NCBI GenBank assembly: GCA_012295275.1
Contig: CM022673.1
Location: 6,138,001-6,202,000, forward strand
Direction of reading: 5' to 3'
DNA: 64,000 nt
DNA from: Chrysomallon squamiferum
Lineage: Eukaryota; Animalia; Mollusca
The stretch's first letter is position 1, and each line of letters starts with the position of its first letter. Positions 44,432 through 56,700 of the stretch are shown here, piece after piece. The notes below the pieces were generated by a model. It had not been told where the DNA came from. It did not search any database and saw nothing but the letters and a program-made list of their open reading frames with translations. The translations under genes were made by a program, and so were the position numbers.

Positions 44432-44490
44432 CACCATTTTCAAATTTCGCGTCTTTCCCAGAATTCCACAGACAGGAAGTTATGGTTCAC
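44432..44490 (-). other. Probable first exon of the uncharacterised gene (5' boundary approximate)
   Basis: Minus strand reads ...TTTGAAAATGGTG|gtatgt, a strong donor in a locally CpG-rich stretch ~1.4 kb upstream of the acceptor at 43066 (ttttcag). The link to the large exon is inferred. Confidence 0.55.
44439..44480 (-). promoter_or_regulatory. E2F site abutting a CHR element, plus an ETS site, at the putative promoter
   Basis: Minus strand GACGCGAAA-TTTGAA (plus strand TTCAAA 44439-44444, TTTCGCG 44445-44451). ETS-type ACAGGAAGT at 44472-44480. Confidence 0.5.
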
Positions 44491-44668
44491 ATCGCACTGA
44501 TGCGGATCCTTACGGATAGTTGGGTTACGGATTTAATATTATTTGAAAATGATAGTGACAGTTGTAATAATGATGATTACATTTATTTATTTTTGACTTA
44601 CTTCTATATATTACGTTCAGAAAACATTAAAAAAAAAAGTGTTTGTTTACAAAATGTATTGGTCTACT

Positions 44669-44670
<2 letters not shown>

Positions 44671-44707
<37 letters not shown>

Positions 44708-44715
44708 GCAATGTA

Positions 44716-44788
<73 letters not shown>
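44671..44788. repeat. (AAT)n and (GA)n microsatellites
   Basis: Directly visible. Confidence 0.92.
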
Positions 44789-44789
<1 letters not shown>

Positions 44790-47447
44790 ATGTCACTAAT
44801 CTGCAGCCCGAGGCCTTAACACATTAATGTAATATCCAGGTATTAAATATGCAGGTGTTTTGAGAAACAAATACTCGTGGAAAACGCTGTCGTTCATTGT
44901 TTTCCTGAACAATGACGCCGTTTGATTATATCTTAATACTTACAAATAGTCGACTGTACGTCTTCAGTGTAGTTGTATCATCGAATATTTCATGCAATGT
45001 TCATTTCACGGGAGGATTTGTGGACAGAACTGACAGCTATGCACACGACATACTTGCTTTATTCTAATTTACGAAAGCGCGTTTTAAGTACATATCCCCA
45101 AGGACATTCTTAATAGGGAAGAAAGAAAAGAGTCGTCGCATGCACCTTTAATGTCTTCTGTTTCCCTGCGGCATCGCCATTCACCGAAACCATCCCGACT
45201 TATCATTTCTTTCGTGATTTTATTTTTCTGAAGATGTAATTAATGCGAATGTGGAATGAAAGAGACAGGGAGAATTTTTTCTTTCTCTCTTTGTTACATT
45301 AAAGGCGCATAAAACTTTAAATCTGCTTGTCTTTAAAGCTGTATATTTTCTTCGATTTTAATTATTTCATTATTTATTTTAGAATATGTTGTTAATAATA
45401 AGGAATGAAAAGCGATATCAAAACATTTTTGCATCGGTTTTTTCGATTATTTATTTATTTAGTTATAATAATAATAATTTGAAATATCCACAGAACTATT
45501 TACACGTAATGTAAATAAAAAAAAAAAAAAAAAACAACAACAAAAAAACAACAACTACCCATTGAACTATTGTTTCACATTTAAAAATATCTCCTTACCG
45601 AATATTAAATACATTTTGTTATGTTTCTAAAAATAATAATTATAATTTAATCATATTTTACTATTAGTTTGCTTCGTGTTTATAATTATATATCTCGTTC
45701 TTCTAATTTGGTCTTTATTCTGAAGGATCTAGGTGATCTGACATGTTATACGATATCGGATATAGATTTTAAAACCGTTTATTGTACATTTGAGGTTGGA
45801 ATACATTTTGCGCGTGCACATATTTATATAAATCTTTCATACTACATGTCGTTGACAGATACCATGTTTTTCAAATTCAGCTTGTTACGTAAGTAATGAA
45901 GATATAAACAGTAATTAACTGCAGTTAAAGTATTTAGAATGAACGGCCACAAAGACTACATGAATACCAAGCGGGTTATCGTCCTTTGATCTTTTATCAC
46001 CAATTAAACGTGTCGGCTGTCGGCTAATACAAGTCGACACGTAATTATCAGTGGTTAAATGGGAGTTTCAAAGATCAAAGAGTACCGGCTCTTTTGAAGA
46101 AGAAAACGTTTTGCCTATTTATTGTTGTCATTTTTGTTTATTTTGGCCCGATTCTGAACACCTCAACTAAATTACACTGTATATTATGCCGTGTTAATGG
46201 CAACAATACAATTTCAGTTATTTAAAGACTGTGATTCAAAGATATTTATGGAATATTAATTACACTTTACAGGATACTGCCCGAGGTATATTTTTAACAT
46301 TGTTACAGACTGGAATATTCTCCAGCAGAACAGAGAAATCATATTGTCAGTAATAATTCACTGATTCAATCCATGCAGATAACTATTAGCATGGTTTACA
46401 CACCTGGATTTTTTTTATGACAAATAAGAAAATTAATTTTAAACAAACACGACTGTATAATTTATTAAGTACGACTGTGTTGTTCATATGGGGATCAAGG
46501 GATCACAACAAGTGATATTAAAATAAAACATTTTGGAACACAGAATAGGTGAGAATATCCTTTATCATATCAATGAATAATAAATCAACATCATCTGACT
46601 CTGAAATTGTTAAATGCAAAGAGACAAAAGCTGGATACGTAATATATATATATTGCAAAAAATCAACAATTACAGTTAAACAGAGTGTGTCTAGCAGATA
46701 ATGTACGTTAAAATACCAAGGAATGCAAAACACAACAGAGACACCTAGCTAGTACATGTGAATTACAGAAATATCAGCTATTCCAGAGGACATAAAGTAC
46801 TTACTTTGGATGTAAACTAACTAGTCAAGAAAAGTTTTGTCCTCAAATCCAGGTTTTACTGTACAATGATTAATTCATGAGCCCAATAAATAACACTGAG
46901 AAGAGAGGGTTTCAGTTATCTTTTATTAGTTTATATTAAATTTATTGCATTGTATAACAAATAATGATTAACAACAATCGACAATTTGTATAATAACAAA
47001 GAATCATAGTAATATATTAAGTACATCATATTGCACAAATGAATAATGATGGAATTTTTTTGTTGTTTATTTGATATAGTATCGAATGATAACAATAAAA
47101 TACAAAAAGTATAAAGTATCTGTTTCACTTGGTATGATTGTCTGTTGTACAGTCTGTTTATTCTGTCAGTTCTCATCTCTACCATTCTGCTTCTCTATAG
47201 TACACTGAATTTTCTTCTACATCCAGATATATATATATATATATATTAGTATTCAAATTATGAAATAAATAGAGAAAATGTTATTACATTGTTACTGATT
47301 TTATTGGAAAAATTAACATGATGATCAATTGAATTAATTTGTCATATTATGACTCTGCCTAATTGGTTAAGTGTGGCAAAGGCCTATTTTTCTTTTGTTT
47401 CTCTCTTTTCTCTCTTTTTATTTCATAAAATTGGTTCTGACTGTTTG

Positions 47448-48949
47448 TTAATCATAGAAGTCAACATGTGCAGCATTTTCGAATGTGTCTGCTTTCAGAA
47501 TCTGAATAAACTTCAACACACTGGTGTTACATGACAGTATAGTATTCTTTGATATCATTTCTGAAAACACAAGAAAAAAAAAATAATGTAATAAAAAAAG
47601 ATAAATAAAATTGTTTTTTTTTTTTTTTTTTTTTTTTTTATTAAACTAAGGAATTATTCAGTTCTAAATGTATCTATTTGTTAATAATATTATTATAAAA
47701 AATAAACACGGTATTTGGTTTAATGTAGTGAAGGCTGGCTTCTAAGACATGTTCATAACTAGTATCAGCAACAACAGCATCAATGATGATAACCATCAAC
47801 AACCACTAACAACAACATCAACACCATCACAACCAAGAGCAACGACAACAACCATAAATATACATTTTTGTTCGTTACATATTTGTACATACCTTTGAAT
47901 GAATTACGCATTTCTTCATCTTTTGTGTCAAGTAGTGCTGTTTTTGTCACCATGTCAGTTAAAAGTGGACCTGGTGCATAATTCAACACTCGTATCGTTG
48001 GATGTTCAGATGCCAGAACTTTAAAGTACATGTCACGAGCTGCTTTGCCTAAAATAAAACAAAAAACATGATGATTTAAAAGTACATGCTGGTCATGGCT
48101 ACATGAACTTGAATGGAATTTCTAGTAACTGAGAAAGAGATGTTTCTGATCATTTTCAATAAACTGTATATTTTTATTACAATTAATTATTTTCTGTTAT
48201 CACAAAAATTATTACATATTTTAACATAAAAAATATCAACAACAACTGTAACAAATAACTTATCAACACTTTGAAACTTCTTCTCATTCATTATATGAAT
48301 AATAAGGTTGTACTGTTATTTGAATAATAAAAGTATGGCGAGTTTCTGTAGCAAATTTAATTAATATAAGGTAATAAGAAATAAAATAAATTCTTGGATA
48401 ATCATAAAGCATTAAAAGCACATGATACTCACTAGAGCAATATAGAGCCCAGCTTTTGACTGGCTGTATTGCAGCTAAAGATGAAATGTTGACGACAACT
48501 TTTTGTGCAACGTTTTTAAAAAGTCGTAGAAAGCTAGCATTCAAAACTACAACACCGGTCACATTAACATTGTAATAATTTGATATTCTCTGGACGGATA
48601 TCAGATCTTCCGTCATTTCACACTCCAGAGATCCGGCATTGTGAATAATACAAGCTTGTTGAAATTCATCAGCTTTAACTTGCATTTCTTCCAGGCACGA
48701 GGGCAGAAGAGAATCAAAAACTTTCTGATCCCCAGTAGCCTGGTCAAAACACCTGTATACGCATTTTTGAGTGATTGTTTGTTTGACTTCAGAAAGCAAG
48801 TTTTCGTTTCTGGCTAATAATATAAATACCGAATCTTTAGTAAATTCTTTTGAAAAATTCAAAGATATGCTTCTGCCTAAGCCCCGACTGGCACCAGTTA
48901 TTATACACACAGTTTTCTTTGAAAACATTATTGTTGTTTGTAGTACCAT
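47448..48949 (-). CDS. SPR: Sepiapterin reductase (short-chain dehydrogenase/reductase), 3 coding exons, ~261 aa
   Basis: Exons 48949-48433, 48048-47893 and 47560-47448 (786 nt, phase-consistent). Rossmann motif TGASRGLG, HNAGSL, NISS, catalytic YCSSK split over intron 1 (WALYCS|SKAARDM), RVLNYAPGPLLTDM and C-terminal HVDFYD*, all typical of SPR. An alternative start ATG lies at 48928. Confidence 0.95.
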
Positions 48950-50730
48950 ATGTTTTCAATATCCCATGGAAGAGAGATAATTCCAAAAATATTTCAGAGT
49001 TAAAGCCCTTTGAGCGTTCGTTTAAACATGGGGAAAAACCCCATTAAATAATTAGAAGCATGATTAAACTATTCACGTCTTTTAGAAATAAAATATGCAC
49101 ATTTATCTGATTTAAGAAATTTAAAGTTTAATTTGCTTTCCTAGACTAAGAAATAACAACTGATATTATATTTACATGCAACAGAATCACACTGCTGCAC
49201 ACACACACACACACAACGTAATGAAAAATCCCATTATTAATAATCACGAAAACCATTTTTTTTTGCTTTATTTTTTAACAAAAACTTGTTGCAAAGTACA
49301 GACGTATATTAAATTACTTTCTTTTAATAAAAGAAGATGTAATTGATTTTTAATTTAATTTAAAAAAAAAAAGAGAAAAAAGTAATAACAAAAGTCCAGC
49401 ATTTATCTTAATGCAACACAACAAAAACATTTGAAGAAAATATATCTTAATTTAATATTTACTTTTACATATAAATGTATCTGAACAACAACCAAAGCAA
49501 TGATTTATTTGGCAGTAATTAGAGAATATATTAGTAAAGAATCTGGAACAAATTATTGCTTCAATATTAATTTATTTTCACTCGTTATATTTTACAGTTA
49601 AAAACAAACACTATACATAAACAAACATCTGACATTGCTATTACTATAAAGTATATAAAAAAGCCATTTTTAATGACAGTAAAAATATTTTAAAAAACTT
49701 ACAAATATAAAAATTGTGTAAAATGTTTAATGCTGGGGTATTGGTGCTGGTTAAGAGGAGGTGAAATGTCTTTTCAGTGACTAAACAACCTTACAAAATA
49801 TGTCAAATAAAAGTTACTAAATTATTCTCTAAAATACCTGTAGCCCGTCAGCTGTAGAAAGAATATTTAAAAAAGTGAATGCATTAACAAACATACTACC
49901 ACTTTTAGTAAATGATAATGATGATGATAAAAAAACCAAACAGTTCTAATTTAGAGTGTAATTCTGTAATATAAAGAGATACAAATTAGTTTAAGAATTT
50001 TTTTTTTCTTTTCTGTAGCCTACAAGGTACATTAGCATAAGACTTTGAAATGGAAATTCCTCAGAGAATCTTTTCTACAACAATTTTCAGTTTTAAGCTC
50101 AAACTATAGAAAGTATTTATTGTATATGTAATACTATTTTTCATTATTTGAAAAGCAACAGTTATATGTAAAAATATTTCTTACGTAATTTACTTATTAA
50201 CACAGTCACAACAAAGGCTTTTGTTGCCCATTTTAGATTTAACACTATTTTTACATTAGAAAGTTTGAGTCACATCAGGAATACATTTTTGTGTTTAACA
50301 CATACACAGGATAAATTTGTTTATGTAGATATGGATAGAAGGAGGTATGTGGTAATGGTGTATTACTGGTGAATGCACAAAACTGTTACTCAGTGAACAA
50401 GTCAATAAAGTAAGTAATTGTAACATGATGTAGTTTTAATGGTGAATTATGTGTCAAACATAGTCAAGTGTTAAGACATTCAAGACTTGATCACTAGAAC
50501 TTTAATAATAGATTTAAAAAAAATATTTTTTTAAAATCATTTTGATAAGATTTTCAAACTTAATTATTTTGACTTTATTCAGACTTGCACAGGTTTTGAT
50601 CTAGGTTTATTAAATATGATTCGGTTTTATAAATATATGTGTTCAGAAATACTGCTATCTTTTCTCAAATAACAGAAGCATTGTTGCAGGCCATCTGCTT
50701 TTCTTGAATAATCAGAAGCTCCGTGTTAAC

Positions 50731-53668
50731 CTAATGATATTTATGGTATGGGAAATCGTATCCTATCTTGTCAAATGAGTAGTTTGTGCTATGTTTAGGT
50801 TTCTTATTTATAAATGGTTTGTCAGTAAATATCATATCACAGATTTTGTTCCCACAGGACATTCCCTCGAGTTCAAATACAACTACAAAGTTTTTGTCTG
50901 GGGAGTTTATCAAGACAGGTTTTGGAACATAGAGTGTAACTTGAGGCCCCTCTCCTGGCCAATAGCGTCCAATGTTAAAACCATTCACAATGGCTTGTCC
51001 CTGAAAAAATAAAACCAAAGGACAATTATACTGTGTGATTAAATCTTTTTTTAATTATTATTTTTTTTTCACCATAGAATACTATACAGTACAATATGTA
51101 CAGTTGATATAACAAAATATATAAGTAAATTAATCTATTAAAAATATAGAAGTTTCTTTTGAGTAAATCATTTCATGTTACAATTCCTCCAAAATGTAAA
51201 TAATAGAATTAAAAGCATTTTTTGTTATTGTTAAAAAATATATGTATATGTAAGTATAACATTTCTAGAATTGTGAATTACTATATTGGTAGTATTTTAG
51301 AAAAATAAAATATGCGGTTATGAAAACTGAGACTTGAATATGGTTGTTTTTTAATTAAAATTTGTAAAATGTAAAGAATAAATGAATTAGAGACATTTGT
51401 ACAAATTTAAAAAAAAAAAAAAAAGATGTAAAAGAAATAATAATTAAAATCACTATTACTGTCATTGCAGTAGTTTGTTTATAATACACTGTGATTATAA
51501 TTTATATTTTTAAAAATCTGATTTAAATACTAGGCACAACTCTGACCTTGACCCACAAGCTAGGGTCCAGGTATGTGTCCTGAGGCTGGTCATGTGACTG
51601 AGGTACAGCAATCTTTCCAAAGTAAACTGAAGGTGTTGTAAAATTTTGAGAAAATCTGGGTTGTAATCTAAAAAAACACATACAAGCAATAAATAACAAC
51701 AACAACAACAACAATAATAATAATTATAAAAACAATTCCTGATTTTATAACTGTAATAGTGCATATAAATTATTGTAAATTAATACATATTTAACTTTGA
51801 TGAATTATTATTTATATAACACTAATAATATTCATTTTTTAAGTGCACTTTTCTCTAAATTCTTTTTTTGAATATATGTAAATTTAAAAAAACCCAAGCC
51901 AAAACAAAATAATAATAATTATAATTATGTATGTATGTAAAATAAATAAATAAATAAATAAATAATAAAAAAGAACAAATGAAAGTAAAAATCAGTAAGA
52001 TATGTGCAAAAAATCTGAAATAAATTTGAATGTTTATCTAGTTAAGTGTCAGAAAATATTAGAAATATCAGGGATAAGCTGATATAAATCCTTTGTGTTT
52101 AGATGAATGTTGAATTATCCATCCTTGAATTTAGTAAATCCTAAAAGTTCATATGAGTATCTTAGATCCTGTGAATTCAGGTTGGTGCTGAGACAAATGA
52201 ATCCTAAGTACTGTGACAACTTTACAGATAAACTTTTCACAATTTATTCTGTGTGTAATTCCCACCTGGGTTTAAATCTCTGAAGCACAGTAACATTGAT
52301 GTGATCCAGATCAATTGGATATATCTCCCAGTCTTCAACAATAGTGTCACTTAGTGTAAGGTTCATGATAATACCCTGTGTAAAATAAAATATTCCTTTT
52401 ATAAAGTATGACATGACACCAGTAAAAAGATAATTGGGGAAAAACATTTTAAACTTGCAGAAATATTCATAAGTATTTTCTTTCTCATCATACACCTATA
52501 CCTAAAGTCTTAATAATATCTCAGTCAAAATTATCAACAAGTGAGGAATTTGTTTATTAGTCCCTTAACCTACATATATATCTGCATGTTCTTAAACAAG
52601 TATACCAGTCAGAAATATATGAACTAGTTACCTAAACATATATACTCACATATACTTTTATCTGTACACAAACATATATACTCATGCCCACATTTTACAA
52701 AAATCTTTGAATTCAATTTATAATCTGACTTTTTAATAACTCACCTTTCGGTTGAAATTCATGTCAATTCCATAACCTATTCTTCCCTGGTTTTCTACGA
52801 GTATGTCAAGAAATTGTCCTTCTTTACCAGTAATATTAACTCGCCACACAATATCTCTGTTAAACATTCCCATTGGAACCTGTCAGGTAGATGATTTGTA
52901 AATAAAACTGGAAATTCTAATATAATAACAAAAATCTGGAAATATTAAATAAATACTATTATCTATACTAGTATGGCTGCATGATTCTGCAGATGTAAAT
53001 TCATAACTGTATGTGTAATAGTAGCTATACTAATATATTTGCATTATTTCTCACATGTAAAATCAGCATAATATACATTAGCAAAATAATTTAGGAATGT
53101 TATTTTGGAAATGTAAGCACACACATATACATATATGTATCATATGATGTATGGATACATAAGTGTATAATTTACTTATATGAAGAAAAAAAAAAAGAAC
53201 AATTAAATAAATAAATACTTAAAGATGCTTCTACACATTTTGTTTTCTAATTTAATGATATTAAATGATTTAATAACTGCTGCCTTACTCTGGGTTATTC
53301 ATTCTGAACAGCAGCAAGGGATCTTTTACATATATAAAAGCCTTTGATATACCAATTGGGAACTGTGGTTGGAATGGGTAATTTCCAGACAGAAATGTAT
53401 TAACACACTACCATTGCTCTGAACTATAGTGAAATGAGTAAACATATTAAGTCATTTTTATTGCTTACCCCATCAACCATAACATATCCACGATCCCTTG
53501 TTCCGTTGGTTATAAGTGGTGTAGGAAGAAGTATATCCTTTTTTAATATATGACGATACAATATAAAACCATAATACTGAAAAAACAAAAAAAAAAGGTT
53601 AAAGATTAATATAAAAAATTAATTGTAAAAAATATTTGGAAAAAAAGAAATAAATTTCATTAACTAAT

Positions 53669-53728
<60 letters not shown>

Positions 53729-56700
53729 GATGTATTTTATTATACTTTAGCTACAATCTAAAACCAAAATAGATAACGCTGTTGAAAAACTGAAATATTT
53801 ATCATCCAGTGAATACAGAGTACTGTAAATTTGAATCTAACTAAATAAAATTATATTTTTAAAGTTTATTAGATACATAATGTAATTATGTTTATACTTA
53901 CACAAATTATGAAATTTGCAACTTATGTGAATATATTTAAAACAAAAATCTTAACCTAACAATTATTATAAATGTTAATGTATTACTCTGCTTTCAAAAC
54001 AAACAAAAACAAACAAAAAAACCCAAAGAAAAAGAAAATAACAATACATACAAATTTAATGTCCTCCATAGATAGAGGATATTTTGATTTCCACATTGAT
54101 CCACCACTTAATATTTCTAACAAATCTTGTACAGTACCAACCTATATTCATGAAAAGTAAAAACACAGTTTAATAAAGACTAAAAATATGTGGTGGACTT
54201 ATAGTTTAGAATCAAAGTTGTTTTAAGTATCATTAGAAGAGAAATATTTGCTAAATATCTCTTTTTTTTTTTATACAATTAAAGTAATTTCATTTTACAT
54301 TACAAAGGAATAAGAAGTAATGTATTTAATTTTTTAAACAAACAAAAAATCAGTAATACTATATTCAATAACAAAAACAACAAGAGAAACATGATATAAG
54401 TAGAACAAAAATTAGGAGTAAATTATGTACTTACAAGATTCATGTCCACGTTGCCGTATGGATATTTTGGTGTATTCGGTGGTATTGGCTCAGGAGGCAA
54501 CACATAGTACTGAAAACCAAATAATTTAAAAATAATAATTTTGTAGAATTCTTTACATGAAAGAAAAACAGAAAAACACAGACAGACAGACAGATAGAGA
54601 GAAACACTCAGATTTGCATTTAAGATCTTTTATTTTATTTTTAACTCATTTAATTAAATATAGTACATATTAAATGTGATATCAAAATAAAATAAAATAA
54701 AAAATTTAAGAATAAATTGAAAAAACAGAAGAAATACATCATTCACCTAAAATGAAAATAATTTAAACATTTTATACCTTTGAAATAACTTGTCTGATGG
54801 CAATGTATTTATCAGTAATATCACCACTTTCATTCAGGGGTGCATCATAATCATAACTGGTTGGAACAGGCCCATATGGTGGACCATTGGCACCTGTAAC
54901 AGTCAAAAGCAAACAGCCCATAGGTAAAACACAAAGAAGTACATAATTACATTTTAAAATGCCAAACAAAATATTAATTAATTAATAATGTTTAGAAAAC
55001 TGAACTAACCATTCCAATATCCAAAATTGGTTCCACCTTCAAACATATACCTGAAATTAAAAATAGGTGTTATAACTATATAAAAATTCTATTTTATTCC
55101 AATTTCTTGTTATGCAGCATCAAACAATAATAACAGATTCCTATATGTATATAATATACAATTCACTCTAACTACCATACATATACAAGCAGTATATCAA
55201 AGGAAATAATAATAATAATAATAATAATAATTAAAAAACACACTTTCCTTTGTGATGATGTACATGGATGAAACCTATCCTAACTGCTTCTCTCAGCATT
55301 TAATATCACTACATCTTTGAAAAAAACTTCACACATGACTAACAAAAAAAAATAATATCCGTCTTTTCGTTCAAATTCGTAATTCTGAATAACTGTTTAC
55401 ATAATTTACAGTTAAACTTGAAAAACAAACAGCAGAATATCAAAGCCTTTGAATGAAAACTGAATTAAATATTTCATTATTTTTATTATTATTTTGTTCA
55501 TAACTTGCTTCTTTAAATACCTCTAAACATGTTAAATACCTTTGATTTTCATTAACATACCTCATTAGCTGCACTGTCAGATTTCCAGGCTTTGTCAGTC
55601 ATTATCATTATCCTAATTCATATCATTACTAATCTATTACAGAGAGAATGAAACAGATCTGATTTCAAGAACACTGTTTGAAATTAAGAATACCCATACC
55701 AAAATACCCCAAAACATCGTAAATTATAGACTGACATGTTAACATTAGCACCAAGGTTGAGAATCTTGTCAAGGCACTTGGTGCACGGAGCCCAGTTCAG
55801 TTGTGAGTGACGTGACCCCCAGTGATCCAGCCAGCCAGTGTAGTATTCTGAATTGACCTGAAATACAATCAGTGATGTCATCATAATTACTGTTCTGTTT
55901 TACCTCTCTTAAGTTTATTATTTTAAATCCAAATAATCTTAATTAGTAATTGAGTATAAAATTAACATTAATAGAATATTAGTATTATTATGATTTTCTT
56001 TTTTTACAATGTTAGGTAATTGTAAAAGTTACTGTCAGAAAAATGAATCATATAAGTATTAAAAATGTACTTAGATAATTTATGTATGCCATCAAAAATT
56101 CACCATATTCATAAAGACAGCAGGTAAATGTTTCCAGTAATTAATAACAGAGCATTAATTGTAATGTGTAAAAAGCCAGGAAGGTGTATAACTATGGTCT
56201 TGCCTTTTGTTTTATTTCTTCTTTTTTTAAATCTGGTTTTGTAACAAGGGGAATAAATTTAACAGAGGAACCAACATGGATCATAATGTAGTAATGGTTG
56301 ATGGTTGTGGTGACAATCATTATGGTAGTAATAATTAGATGACTATTATTCTTTTACATTTAATTTTATTAATAATAAAAAGAAAATATGTTTGACAACT
56401 GTTTTTTGTTTTTTAATTTACCAGTGGTCCATTTGGTTCAAAGTCTCTCTGAAATTTGAAGTTCCTTGCTGGGTTATCTGTTAAATTAAGTAAAATAAAC
56501 ACATAAATAATTTTAAGGTCGTTTTATAATTTTATTTTAGTAACGAAAGTAATTTAATAGAAGTAATAGTGATAGTGCTTGTGGTAATGGTAGAATACTT
56601 GTAATGATATTTCAGTAATACTAATAACTGAGCTGCAGTACTAATATTAATCATAGCAGGAACAGAAGTAACTGATGGAAGTAGAAGAACTGTTAGTAGT

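Noticed and set aside
48284-48432. C-terminal part of the 221 aa SPR ORF
   Set aside because: It is intronic. The donor gtgagt at 48432 joins to 48048 and restores YCSSKAARDM.
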